From NCBI GenBank assembly GCA_965248825.1, contig CBDFKL010000004.1, positions 18,910 through 82,909 on the forward strand: DNA of 64,000 nt, read 5' to 3'. The stretch is from Alphaproteobacteria bacterium (GTDB lineage: Bacteria; Pseudomonadota; Alphaproteobacteria; UBA828). Both the position numbers and the translations under genes were made by a program. A model generated the notes under the pieces. That model made no database searches and was not told the DNA's origin. It saw only the letters and a list, made by a program, of their open reading frames with translations. Of this stretch, positions 21,794 to 31,963 are shown one piece after another. The stretch's first letter is position 1, and each line of letters opens with the position of its first letter.

Positions 21794-22837
21794 GTGCTGC
21801 AACTCGGGCTCGTGCTCGGCTATTCGGGCCGGGATTTTTCGATCGACATCGACCTGATCCGCGAAGCGGAGGCGCTCGGCTATCGCTCGGTCTGGACGTC
21901 CGAGGCCTATGGCTCGGATGCCGTGACGCCTGCCGCCTGGATCCTCGCCCAGACGGCGCGGCTGACGGTCGGCACGGCGCTCATGCAGATGCCGGCGCGC
22001 ACGCCGGCCTGTGCCGCCATGACCGCGCTCACGCTGCAGGCGCTCTCGGGCGGGCGCTTTGTCCTCGGTGTCGGGCCGTCGGGGCCGCAGGTGGTCGAAG
22101 GCTGGCATGGCGTCGCTTACGGCAAGCCCCAGGCGCGGCTGCGCGAATATGTCTCGATCGTGCGCCGGATCGTGGCGCGCGAAGCGCCGGTGGTCCATGA
22201 GGGCGCTCATTACAGCCTGCCTTACCGGGGCGCGGACGCGACCGGGCTCGGCAAGCCGCTGAAATGCATCCTTCACGCCCGCCATCCGCTGCCGATCTAT
22301 ACCGGCTCGATCACGCCGGCGGGCTTGCGGCTCGCGGGCGAGATCACCGACGGGCTGTTCCCGCTGTTCATGATGCCGGAGCGCGCGGCGGTCTACCGCG
22401 AGCCGCTGACCGAGGGCTTTCGCAAGGGCGGTCATGGCGATCGGCGCGCCGATTTCGCGATCGCACCGTTCGTCGAGGTCAAGATCGCCGACGATCACGC
22501 CGCGGCATTGCTCGGGGTCAAGCAGTCGCTCGCGCTCTATGTCGGTGGCATGGGCGCGAGAGGGCGCAACTTCTACACCGACTATGCACGACGGCTCGGC
22601 TTCGGCGATGCCGCGGCGAAGATCCAGGACCTGTTTCTCGCCGGCGACAAGCGCGGCGCGGCGCTGGCGGTGCCGGACGAGTTCGCCGACGGCATTGCCC
22701 TGGTCGGCCCGCGGGAGCATATCCGCGAGCGCTTGGCGGCCTGGAAGAGGGCGGCGGCCGAGGGCTCGGTGACCGCGCTCCTGCTGGCCGGTGCCGGGCG
22801 CGACGAAATCCGCTTCCTCGCCGAGGAGCTGCTGTAA
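21794..22837 (+). CDS. Luciferase-like (LLM class) flavin/F420-dependent oxidoreductase
   Basis: LGYRSVWTSEAYGSDAVTPAAWILAQT... GTG 21794 is preceded by AGGGGAGAAG. Confidence 0.8.
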   Translation: MLQLGLVLGYSGRDFSIDIDLIREAEALGYRSVWTSEAYGSDAVTPAAWILAQTARLTVGTALMQMPARTPACAAMTALTLQALSGGRFVLGVGPSGPQVVEGWHGVAYGKPQARLREYVSIVRRIVAREAPVVHEGAHYSLPYRGADATGLGKPLKCILHARHPLPIYTGSITPAGLRLAGEITDGLFPLFMMPERAAVYREPLTEGFRKGGHGDRRADFAIAPFVEVKIADDHAAALLGVKQSLALYVGGMGARGRNFYTDYARRLGFGDAAAKIQDLFLAGDKRGAALAVPDEFADGIALVGPREHIRERLAAWKRAAAEGSVTALLLAGAGRDEIRFLAEELL

Positions 22838-22942
22838 CGCCCGGCCGCGCGGCATCTTGTGATCGACCTCCGCCGCTTCGTATCATCGCGGCAGGCGGAA
22901 CCCGCGTGATGCAAGGCCGACCGGGTCCATAGGGGGGCGATC

Positions 22943-24365
22943 ATGAGCAACGGCGACGATCTTTGCTTCCAGACCGCAACCGAGGTGATCGCGGCGTTCA
23001 GGGCGCGCACGCTTTCGCCGGTCGAATTGATGGATGCGGTCATCGATCGCTGCGAGCGCGTCAATCCGGCGATCCGCGCGTTCACCTACACCTTCTTCGA
23101 GCGCGCGCGTGCGCAGGCCAAGGAGGCGGAGAAGGCCTATGCCGACGGCACGGCGTGTGCTCTCGAGGGCGTGCCCTGCGTGATCGAAGGACCTGCACCC
23201 GGTGAAGGGCGAAATCACCACCTGGGGCTCGAAGGTCTATGAGGGCGTGCCGGCCGAGTACACGGTGCCGACGGTGCAGCGCCTATTCGATGCGGGGGTT
23301 ATCATGCACGCCCGCTCGACGACCTCGGAATTCGCCCATACCGGCCACGGCCACAGCCCGCTCTGGGGCGTGACCCGGAACCCGTGGAATCTCGATCTGA
23401 GCCCGGGCGGCTCCTCGGCCGGCGCGGGCGCCGCGGTCTGCACGGGCATGACGACGATCGCCGACGGCACCGACGGCGGCGGCTCGGTGCGCATCCCCGC
23501 CTCCGCCTGCGGCGTGTTCGGTTACAAGCCGCCGTTCGGGCGTAACCCGGTCAACCTCATCGCCACCAACTGGGAGCCGATCCTGCATTTCGGCCCGATC
23601 ACGCGCAGCGTCGCCGACGGCGCGCTGATGCAGAACGTGATGAGCGGGCACCATGTGGACGACATCACCACGCTCCGCGAGACGGTCGTGCTGCCGGAGA
23701 GCTTCGAGAGCTTCGAGGGGGCGAAGGTCGCGGTTTCGATGGACCTCGGCTATTTCGAGGTCGACACCGAGGTGCAGCGGAACACGCAGGCGGCCTTCGA
23801 GCTGTTCGAGACCGAGCTCGGCTGCACCGTGACCGAGGTCGACCTCGGCTGGACCTACGCCACCTACGACGCCTGGATCACCCATTGGCAGGGCCTGTTC
23901 GCGGCGATCGCGGGTCACTATCTGCCGCGCTGGCAATATGAGATGGACCCGGTGGTGGTCAATCTGCTCAAGACCGGCGCGACCCACAGCGCGGCGCGCG
24001 CCCGTCAGATCGAGTTCGTGGCGACCGACATGTACCGCACGCTCGGGCCGATCCTGGAGGAGCATGACGTGTTGCTGTGTCCCTCGCTCGCGGTCCCGGC
24101 GACGGCGGCCGAGCATGGCGGCGGCGATCCCGACTTCACGATCAACGGCAAGCCCGTCGATGCGATGCTGCAATGGGCGATGACCTGTCCGTTCAACCTG
24201 GTCGGCCAGTGCCCGGTCGCGAGCGTGCCGAGTGGCTTCGCGAGCATCGGTGCGCCGACCGGCCTCCAGATCGTCGGCCGCACCTATGACGACGCGACGG
24301 TGTTCCGCGCCGCGGCCGCGTTCGAGGCGGTCCGGCCGTGGCGGGCGACGAGACCGCCGGTCTGA
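22943..24365 (+). pseudogene. Amidase-signature (AS) family amidase interrupted by a +1 frameshift at about 23186
   Basis: ORF 22943-23242 ends ...LEGVPCVI-EGPAPG. ORF 23202-24365 in the next frame reads (S)KDLHPVKGEITTWGS...GGSSAGAGAAV. Together they make about 468 aa. Confidence 0.75.
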
Positions 24366-24447
24366 CCGGGCGCGCGCAGGGCCGGCCCGCGCCGGAGCGG
24401 CGGAAGGCGGGCGCCTTGCGGACACGGCGCCGCGTGCCCCCGGCGCC

Positions 24448-25103
24448 ATGAGGCGCTGGCTCGTCGCAATCGTGCTGGCGGTCTCGGCCGGCTGGCTCGC
24501 CACCTGCGAGACCGCAGCCCCCTTGCTCCCCGCCGACGACGGCCCCCTACGCAGGTCCTCCATGTGGTCAGCAATGGCTGGCATACGGCGATCGTCGCCC
24601 CCCAACCCGCGCTCGCGGCCACCGGGCTGCTGCCGGAAGCGGCCGACTTTCCCGACGCGGCCTTTCTGGAGTTCGGCTGGGGCGATCGCGCCTATTATCC
24701 CGCCAAGGAGAAGACCATCGCCATGACGCTCGGCGCCGCGCTCGCGGCGACCCCGGCGGTCATGCACATGGCCGGCCTCGCCGTCCCGCCGGGGCAAGCG
24801 GGCAGCGGCCCCGAGACGTTACGCGTGACGCTGACCGAGGCTGGGTTCCGGCGCCTGGTCCGGGCGCTGGCCGATCAGTTCGAGCGTCCCGCCGGCGCCC
24901 GCGCCGCGCCCGTCTCCCGCGGCCTCTACCCAGACAGCAACTTCTATAACGCGCACGGCACATTCCACCTGTTCAACACCTGCAACACCTGGACCGCGCG
25001 CATGCTGCGCGCGGGCGGAGTCGAGCTTTCGCCCTCCGGCATCATCACCGCGGACGGGCTGATGACTCGCCTGCGGGCGGCGATCGGTCAGGACGAATCG
25101 TGA
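24448..25103 (+). pseudogene. TIGR02117/DUF2459-family lipoprotein with a -1 frameshift between signal peptide and body
   Basis: The lipoprotein signal MRRWLVAIVLAVSAGWLATC (ATG 24448) is in one frame. The conserved body VVSNGWHTAIV...FGWGDRAYY...FNTCNTWTARML is in another. A C5 run lies at 24543-24547. Confidence 0.6.
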
Positions 25104-25251
25104 CGGCAGCAGGGTAGAGTCACGTTTCACCTCACTCTTTCCGTCTCAGGGGCCGGCACTCCCTGGGCACTTCCTTGACTCGTCTTGCCGCCTCCCACCA
25201 CGATTCAAAGATGACAACAACCAATTTCTCATTGGACCAAGGGAGGCCCGC

Positions 25252-26680
25252 ATGACTGAGAACAGAGAAAGCGCGGACGCATTGGCGCGAGGTCGTTCGT
25301 CGTCAGGGAAGAACGAGACGACGAGACACGCACGATCGGGAGTATCGCGTCGAAAGTTTCTCCGCAGCAGTGCGGCCGCCGGCGTTGCCGTGAGCGCGGC
25401 GTCGAGCGGTGTCGCGTGGAAGGGGGCAATCGCACAGTCCAAGCGCCTCGTGGTCACAACCATGCCGGGATCGCGCTGGGAGCAGGCCCTGAAGGCGAGC
25501 GCCGAGGCCTAATATGGCCGAGAACCCCGACGTCGAGATCGAGGTCCTGGTCTCGGGCTACGCCGAGCATTACCAGCGCATCGGGACGAGCCTGATCGAG
25601 GATTCGAGCGATTTCGATGCGCATCTGTTCGATCCTGCGCTGATCGGGCAGTCCTATCCCAAGCTGGCGCCGCTTACCGATTTGTTTGATTCCGATCCCG
25701 GCTGGAGGGACCACTATCTGAATGGCGTGCCCCAAGCCTATCGCGGCAGTTGGGATTGGGACGGCGTCCCTTACGCGGTGGTCCATGACGCCAATTGCAT
25801 GATGACGTGGCAGCGGACCGATGTGTTCGAAGAGCTTGGCCTTCCGGAGCCTGCGTCGTTCGAGCAGATCCTCGAGAACACCGCGGTCTTGAATCAGAAC
25901 AAACCCGGCTCCGGGTTCATGACCTGCGCCGGCCGGACGAACTGGTTCCTCGGCATGACCTTTACCGGGATGATGCACGCCTATGGCGGGCGCTGGTACG
26001 AAAACGACGAGATGGATCGATTCGGCCGCATCGATCCGGAGGACGGCCCGGGCGAGATACTTCTGGATTCTCCGGAGGTCATCGCCGCGGCCGAAATGCT
26101 TCAGAAGCTCTCCCAAGTTTGGAACGAAGCCTCGCTCAACGCGCTCGAGTTCGAGAATGCCGAGGCGTTCAAGAACGACATCGCGCACCAGCAGGTGATG
26201 TGGTCGGGCTTCATGATTCTGCAGAGCCCGGCGGAGAATCCGGCGCACCACGCGGCGCTGGTGTCCCGTGATTTTCCGGTCGGCGGCCCCAACCCCGTCG
26301 TGGGCCGCTCGGGCATGAAGGGCGGTTTCGGGCTCGCCATACCCAAGGCATCGAAAAACATCGACCTCATGTTCGACTTCGCGAAGTTCACGACGAGCCC
26401 GGAAAACGCGGAAAATTTCATCCTCGCCGGCGGTCAGCCCTCCAACGTCTCCCTGCTCAACTCATGGGGCGAGCAGCATCGCTACCAGGTGTTCAAGACG
26501 ATCGCGCAGGGAATAGCGAACGGGCATCATCTGTCCCAGTTCCCGGAGGGGCCCGAGTTCTTCCAGATCCTCACGCAGCATATCGGCGATCTCGTCACCG
26601 GCGCGGCGGAGCCCGAGGAGGCATGCGCCGGGATGAAGAACGACGTGGAGATCCTGTTCGAGCGGTCCGGATATATCTAG
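25252..26680 (+). pseudogene. ABC-transporter solute-binding protein (family 1) with Tat signal, interrupted at 25510-25513
   Basis: ORF 25252-25512 carries SRRKFLRSSAAAGVAV (twin-arginine) and ends at TAA. The rest (AENPDVEIEVLVSGY..., 388 aa) follows in the +1 frame from 25514. Confidence 0.7.
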
Positions 26681-26743
26681 CCTTTGGCGGGCTCCGTGTA
26701 GAAGCGCTCAACCGGCACAAGCCGGCAGCGGACATTCCACCCG

Positions 26744-27664
26744 ATGGGCGCGGCTACCACGCGAAACCGTGTCTACCGGGGCGAGCGATGGGCTCCCCTG
26801 CTCATGCTCGCCCCGGCGGTCATCATCCTCCTGTGCCTGGTTCTCGGCCCGATCGTCTACCTGATCGACACCTCGCTCTATCGACAGAACCTCTTCCAGG
26901 TCACCCCGCCGCGCTTCGTCGGCACCGATAATTTCTACTACCTGTTCACATCGACGAAGTTTCAGGTCGCGATCACGCGGATGTTCGTTTTTACCGCCTT
27001 CGCACTGACGGCCGAGTTCGTACTGGGCTTCTTGCTGGCGGCGTGGGTCTACCGGCTTCGCACGCTGCCCGGCATGGCGATCGTGAGGACGCTGCTGACC
27101 ACGCCGATACTGGTCGCACCGATCGTCGCCGCGGTGATGTGGCGGTTCATGTATCAGCCGGATTTCGGCGTCATCAACTATCTCATCGGACTCGTCGGCT
27201 TGCCGAGGCCAGGTTGGCTCTCGGACCCCGACATCGCGCTCTTCGCGATCGCCGCCATCGACGTGTGGCAGTGGACGCCCTTCGTGTTCCTGATCGTGCT
27301 CGCCGGCATGTATGCGGTGCCGAAATCGATTTATGAGGCGGCGGAGCTCGATCGGACGAACATCTGGCGTCAGACCGTCCTGATCACCATACCGTTGCTG
27401 AAACGCGTGCTGATCATCGTGCTGTTGCTCCGCCTGATCGATTTGCTGCGCGCCTTCGAATTGATCGTTGCCACCACGCAGGGCGGGCCGGGGGACGCGT
27501 CCTACACGCTGCCGGTCCTGACCTGGGAGACGGCCTTCATCAACTTCCAGATGGGAGACGCATCCGCCGCGTCCCTGGTGCTGCTCGGCATCGCGACGCT
27601 GGTGATCACGCTGCTCATCCGCGCGATCTCGCGCCAGGGCGTGGTCGGGCGTGCCGAACCGTGA
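26744..27664 (+). CDS. Carbohydrate ABC transporter permease (MalF-like)
   Basis: 306 aa with multiple TM segments and an EAA-type loop (IYEAAELDRTNIWRQ). Confidence 0.85.
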   Translation: MGAATTRNRVYRGERWAPLLMLAPAVIILLCLVLGPIVYLIDTSLYRQNLFQVTPPRFVGTDNFYYLFTSTKFQVAITRMFVFTAFALTAEFVLGFLLAAWVYRLRTLPGMAIVRTLLTTPILVAPIVAAVMWRFMYQPDFGVINYLIGLVGLPRPGWLSDPDIALFAIAAIDVWQWTPFVFLIVLAGMYAVPKSIYEAAELDRTNIWRQTVLITIPLLKRVLIIVLLLRLIDLLRAFELIVATTQGGPGDASYTLPVLTWETAFINFQMGDASAASLVLLGIATLVITLLIRAISRQGVVGRAEP

Positions 27665-28482
27665 TGAGAGACCGGCGACTTCACTATGGTTGGTACGGGC
27701 CGCTGCTCGTGGTCGTGGCGTCCTGGCTCTTCCCGATCATCTGGACCGCGATAACCTCCTTCAAGCCGGAAGGGGGGTTGATCGGTCTCAAGCCGGTGTT
27801 CGCCTTCCCGCCGACACTCGACAACTATATCGAGCTGTTCGGCGAGTATGGTTACGGCCCTCTGATGCTGAACAGCCTGCTCATCGCGGGCGGTGCGACG
27901 GCGCTTTCGATCTTTCTGGGCTGTCTCGCCGCCTATGCTCTGGCACGATCGAAGCTGCGCGGTCGCGAGCAAATCGGCTTATGGATCCTTTCCCTGAGGA
28001 TGCTGCCGCCGATTGCGGTTGTCGTGCCGTTCTACCTCATCCTGAGCAGGAGCGCGCTGCTCGACAGCTATGTCGGGGTCGTCCTGGTCTACCTCTCATT
28101 CTCGCTGCCGTTCGCGGTCTGGATGCTGCAAGGCTTCTTTTCCGAGGTGCCGCGATCCATCGACGAGGCGGCGTCTGCCGATGGGGCAGGGCCGCTGAAG
28201 ATCTTGTTCGTGTTCATCGTGCCGCTCTGCCGGGGCGGGATTGCCGTCACCACATTGTTCACATTCGTGTTCGCCTGGAACGAGTTCCTGTTCGCGTTCC
28301 TGCTGACCAAGGAACGGTGGGTCACGCTCCCGGTTCGCCTGGGTAGCACCATCACGCCGTTTCAGACCGATTGGGGCTCGCTGACGGCGGGCGCGATCGT
28401 CTCCTTCCTCCCGCTGATCATCGTCGTGTTCCTGCTGCAGCGCGAGATGGTGCGGGGCGTAAGCCTCGGCGCGGTGCGCTGA
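27661..28482 (+). CDS. Carbohydrate ABC transporter permease (MalG-like)
   Basis: 273 aa with an EAA loop (IDEAASADGAGPLKILF). There is a 4-nt overlap with the upstream permease. Confidence 0.85.
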   Translation: MMRDRRLHYGWYGPLLVVVASWLFPIIWTAITSFKPEGGLIGLKPVFAFPPTLDNYIELFGEYGYGPLMLNSLLIAGGATALSIFLGCLAAYALARSKLRGREQIGLWILSLRMLPPIAVVVPFYLILSRSALLDSYVGVVLVYLSFSLPFAVWMLQGFFSEVPRSIDEAASADGAGPLKILFVFIVPLCRGGIAVTTLFTFVFAWNEFLFAFLLTKERWVTLPVRLGSTITPFQTDWGSLTAGAIVSFLPLIIVVFLLQREMVRGVSLGAVR

Positions 28483-29588
28483 TGGCCGAGGTCGCGAGCG
28501 TCAGCCTCAAGGGCGTGTCGAAGACCTATCCCGGCACGCCGCGCCCGGCGGCCGGGCGCGTCGATCTCACCATCTCACCGGGGAGCTTCTTCTCCATTCT
28601 GGGGCCGAGCGGCTGCGGCAAGACGACGTTGCTGCGCATCATCGCAGGCTTCGAATACCCCGATAGCGGACGGGTGCATATCGCAGGGCGGGACGTCACC
28701 GGTCTCTCGCCGCGCGATCGGGACATCGCGATGGTCTTCCAGGACTATGCGCTCTATCCGCATATGACGGCGGAGCAGAACATCACGTTCAACCTCCGCA
28801 ATCAGCGAGTGCCTCGCTCCGAGATCGCCGAGCGCCTTCGAGAAACGGCCGGGTTGCTCGGGATTGACAAGATCTTGAAGAAACGGCCTGCCCAGCTTTC
28901 CGGCGGCGAGCGGCAGCGGGTCGCGCTCGGACGCGCCATGATCCGCCGGCCGAAGGTTTTCTTGATGGATGAGCCGCTGTCGAACCTGGATCTGAAACTG
29001 CGCGAGAGCATGCGCATCGAGCTCGGGCGGCTCCACCAGGAGCTCGGCATTACCATCGTCTATGTCACCCATGACCAGACCGAGGCGATGACGCTTTCGA
29101 CGGAGCTCGCGGTTCTCCGCGATGGATTGATCCAGCAGGTCGGCAAGCCCGACGCGGTCTACGCTCAGCCGGCGAACACGTTCGTCGCTCGGTTCATCGG
29201 CAGTCCGTCAATGAACCTGTTCAGGATGGTCGCGCGCGACGGCGCGCTGAGACCGGTCGAGAGCCCGAGCGGGTGGCTCCCGCTGCCCCACCTGCCGGTC
29301 GACGACGGGCAGGAATGCGTGGTCGGCATCCGGCCACACGACATGGTCGTGCAGGCTGACGAGGGTCGAGGCCTCCCGGCCGAGGTCATTCGAACCGAGC
29401 ATCTGGGCCGCAATAATTTCGTCGATTGTCGGCCGGTGGACGGGTCGCGCTTTCTCTACGAGCAGGATGTCATCCAGATCGAAACCGACGCCGCCGCGCT
29501 CTACGAGCCGGGCGTCCGCCTCGTTCTGTCGGCCCCGACGGAGGCGACTCGCCTGTTCGACAGCAGCGGCAGTCTGATCCGGCCATGA
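28482..29588 (+). CDS. ABC transporter ATP-binding protein (MalK/UgpC-like)
   Basis: Walker A GPSGCGKTT, signature LSGGERQR and Walker B FLMDEP. ATG 28482 overlaps the permease TGA. Confidence 0.9.
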   Translation: MAEVASVSLKGVSKTYPGTPRPAAGRVDLTISPGSFFSILGPSGCGKTTLLRIIAGFEYPDSGRVHIAGRDVTGLSPRDRDIAMVFQDYALYPHMTAEQNITFNLRNQRVPRSEIAERLRETAGLLGIDKILKKRPAQLSGGERQRVALGRAMIRRPKVFLMDEPLSNLDLKLRESMRIELGRLHQELGITIVYVTHDQTEAMTLSTELAVLRDGLIQQVGKPDAVYAQPANTFVARFIGSPSMNLFRMVARDGALRPVESPSGWLPLPHLPVDDGQECVVGIRPHDMVVQADEGRGLPAEVIRTEHLGRNNFVDCRPVDGSRFLYEQDVIQIETDAAALYEPGVRLVLSAPTEATRLFDSSGSLIRP

Positions 29589-29601
29589 AGCGCATAGCGC
29601 G

Positions 29602-30471
29602 ATGATCTACGACGAGCCGCGATTTCTGCCCGGTGGCGACCGCTTTCTGCTGATCGAATTGGGCAACGAAATGAGCCTCGGTCTCAATTTCATTGCCCAC
29701 GGCCTGGCGCACGCCATCGCCGCGGTCCGACCAAGGGGCGTGATCGAAACGGCGCCGGCCTACGCGTCCCTCCTCGTCCACTACGACCCCGGCGAGGTGT
29801 CCTTCGATCGGCTGACCGAGGAGATGGGGGACATCGTCCGCTCGCTCGGGCCGGCTGAGAGCATCCGCTTGGAAAGCAGGCTGTTCTATTTTCCGACGGT
29901 CTATCTGGACCCATGGAGCAAGGAGGCGGTCGATCGCTACATCGAAAAGGTTGCGGAAAAGACCCGCGATCCCGAGTTGTTGGTGGAAGCGAACGATCTC
30001 GAAAACGTCGAACAGCTCGTGCGCGTTCACTCCGGCACGGAATATTGGGTCGCGGCCATCGGCTGGTGGCCCGGCGTCCCGTTCATGATGCCCCTGGACC
30101 CGCGCTGTCGACTGACGGCGCCCCGCTACAATCCGCCACGGCTATGGACCAAGAAGGGGACGGTCGGGGTCGGCGGCGGCACCACGGGGATCTATCCGGA
30201 AGACCTTCCCGGCGGCATTCAGATCTTCGCCCGCATCCCGGTTCCCATCTGGGACCGCGAAAAGCGCCTGCCGATCTTCGCGGACTCCATCTGCCTGCTG
30301 CGTCCCGGCGATCGGGTGAAGTTCGTCCCGTCCACGATCGAGGAATTCGAGGCGGTCGAGCACATGGTGGCGGAGGGGACCTATTCCATGAACGTGATCG
30401 AGTATCAGAACTTCTCGGTCGCCAATTACCACGCTTGGATCCGGACCCTCGACCCCAATGACCGATTCTAG
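29602..30471 (+). CDS. 5-oxoprolinase subunit B / allophanate-hydrolase-subunit-1 (KipI/PxpB) family protein
   Basis: PRFLPGGDRFLLIELGNEMSLGLN...ETAPAYASLLVHYDP follows the PxpB pattern. No PxpC or PxpA partner is adjacent. Confidence 0.65.
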   Translation: MIYDEPRFLPGGDRFLLIELGNEMSLGLNFIAHGLAHAIAAVRPRGVIETAPAYASLLVHYDPGEVSFDRLTEEMGDIVRSLGPAESIRLESRLFYFPTVYLDPWSKEAVDRYIEKVAEKTRDPELLVEANDLENVEQLVRVHSGTEYWVAAIGWWPGVPFMMPLDPRCRLTAPRYNPPRLWTKKGTVGVGGGTTGIYPEDLPGGIQIFARIPVPIWDREKRLPIFADSICLLRPGDRVKFVPSTIEEFEAVEHMVAEGTYSMNVIEYQNFSVANYHAWIRTLDPNDRF

Positions 30472-30496
30472 CCGCCGGCGCCGCCTTGCTGCGTCA

Positions 30497-30640
30497 AGGC
30501 CTGAAGGACGCCGGGCATCGTCTCGGTGAGGTCCTCGGCGATCAATCCGGGACCGAAGGCGGCCGCCGCAGCGCCATGCAGCCAGGCCTCCTCCGCCTCG
30601 AATGCCGGCATGCCCTGCGCCAGGAGGCCGAGGATCAGGC
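30497..30640 (-). pseudogene. Diverged partial copy of the nnr 3' end
   Basis: About 144 nt align with 32037-32187, with scattered substitutions and a 3-nt indel. They encode ...LILGLLAQGMPAFEAEEAWLHGAAAAAFGPGLIAEDLTETMPGVLQAL, against the intact Nnr C-terminus. Confidence 0.7.
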
Positions 30641-30645
30641 GGCCG

Positions 30646-31710
30646 CTACACCCTCTTGAAGCGCGATTCGGTGTCGGCGGTCCCGAACGCCGCGCTGTTC
30701 TCGTCCGACCATTCCTCAAAGCCCTTTTGCCGCGTGTATTTCTCGGTGATGTAGTCGACCGTCTTGATAGGCGGATATTTGGGCGGGTGGTCGGCGTCCT
30801 GGCACGTCGGTAGGCACTCGATGACCGCGTCATAGTTGCAGTTGCAGAAGAAGATCAGCGAGAGCCGGCTCGCATTCGCCGCCGAATCGATCGGCGGATT
30901 GATGACGCGATGCCGGTTCGAGACCCAGCGATCGTTGGTCCAGCGCATCAGGAAGTCGCCAAGATTGACGACCAGCGCACCTTCGACGACCGGAACGTCG
31001 ACCCATTCGCCTTCTCGATTCCGAGTCTGCGGGCCCGGCTGCACCACGCAAATCGACAAGTCGTCATAGTCCGAGTGCTCCCCGGCGCGCACCTGTCCCG
31101 GCTCTGGCTCCTTGGTGAGCTTCGGATAGTGGAGCACCCGAAGAACGCTGAAATGTTTATCGATCAACCCGTCGAAGTAATTCTCCGGGAGGTCCAGGGC
31201 GAGAGCACACAGTTGATGGAGCTCGTCGGCGAACTGCTCCATGACGCGGAAATACTCTTCCCAGAGCGGGCGCATGTTCTGAGGTCGCTCGGGCCAAACG
31301 TTCGGCGCGAAGTAGGTGCCAGCTTCCTCGCAGGTGTAGTAGTCGGCACCCATGAGATAGCGAGCCTCCGGCGCACCGGGTGGCCCCATCGTAACGATCT
31401 CCTTGATGTCGCCGGGCGCCGATTCGCCGATGCTGAAGGAGAGGCCTTCACCCATCATCGGGCTATAGCCCCGAAGCATCGCCTGGGGCGACGTCAGCTT
31501 CAGTTTTTCCGCTTCCGGAAGGTCGAAGAATTCTTGAGAGACATCCTCCACCGCCGTGATCAGGCGCGGATCGATCGGATGGCCGGTCACCACCAAGAAG
31601 CCGATGTCCCGACATGCCTGGTCGATCTCCCGAGCGACACGCTTTTTCCGTTGCGGATCGCTTGAGTAGAACGAGCTGAGATCGATCACGGGAACGCTGA
31701 GCAACGCCAT
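30646..31710 (-). CDS. 2-oxoglutarate/Fe(II)-dependent oxygenase (isopenicillin-N-synthase-like family)
   Basis: MALLSVPVIDLSSF...IDQACRDIGFLVVTGHPI..., H-x-D (AGEHSDYD) and a distal H (SNRHRV). GAGGAGG RBS before ATG 31710. Confidence 0.8.
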   Translation of the reverse strand: MALLSVPVIDLSSFYSSDPQRKKRVAREIDQACRDIGFLVVTGHPIDPRLITAVEDVSQEFFDLPEAEKLKLTSPQAMLRGYSPMMGEGLSFSIGESAPGDIKEIVTMGPPGAPEARYLMGADYYTCEEAGTYFAPNVWPERPQNMRPLWEEYFRVMEQFADELHQLCALALDLPENYFDGLIDKHFSVLRVLHYPKLTKEPEPGQVRAGEHSDYDDLSICVVQPGPQTRNREGEWVDVPVVEGALVVNLGDFLMRWTNDRWVSNRHRVINPPIDSAANASRLSLIFFCNCNYDAVIECLPTCQDADHPPKYPPIKTVDYITEKYTRQKGFEEWSDENSAAFGTADTESRFKRV

Positions 31711-31963
31711 GGGCGCCTCCTCGACCGCGAGGCCACTCGCCTCCTCCGTGGCCCCTGTGCGGAATCCCAGCATATCATCCACGATAAGGGGCTAGGACAA
31801 CAGGCCACGCTTCGACGGGAGGAGGGCTTGGCGCCCGGTGAACGGGCAGGGAGGGTACCGATGCCGGCGTTAAGGGCGGATGGCCTTAGGCTCAGGACCC
31901 ATAGACAGGATTCCCATTTTATCTGAGATGTGATTCAAACTTCCAAACGATGGGGAGTTTGTC

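Noticed and set aside
23180-23192. Programmed ribosomal frameshift in the amidase (and at 24543 and 25510)
   Set aside because: No X-XXY-YYZ slippery heptamer or obvious downstream structure is present. Three unrelated neighbouring genes are affected with different shift directions. Mutation or sequence error is the simpler explanation.
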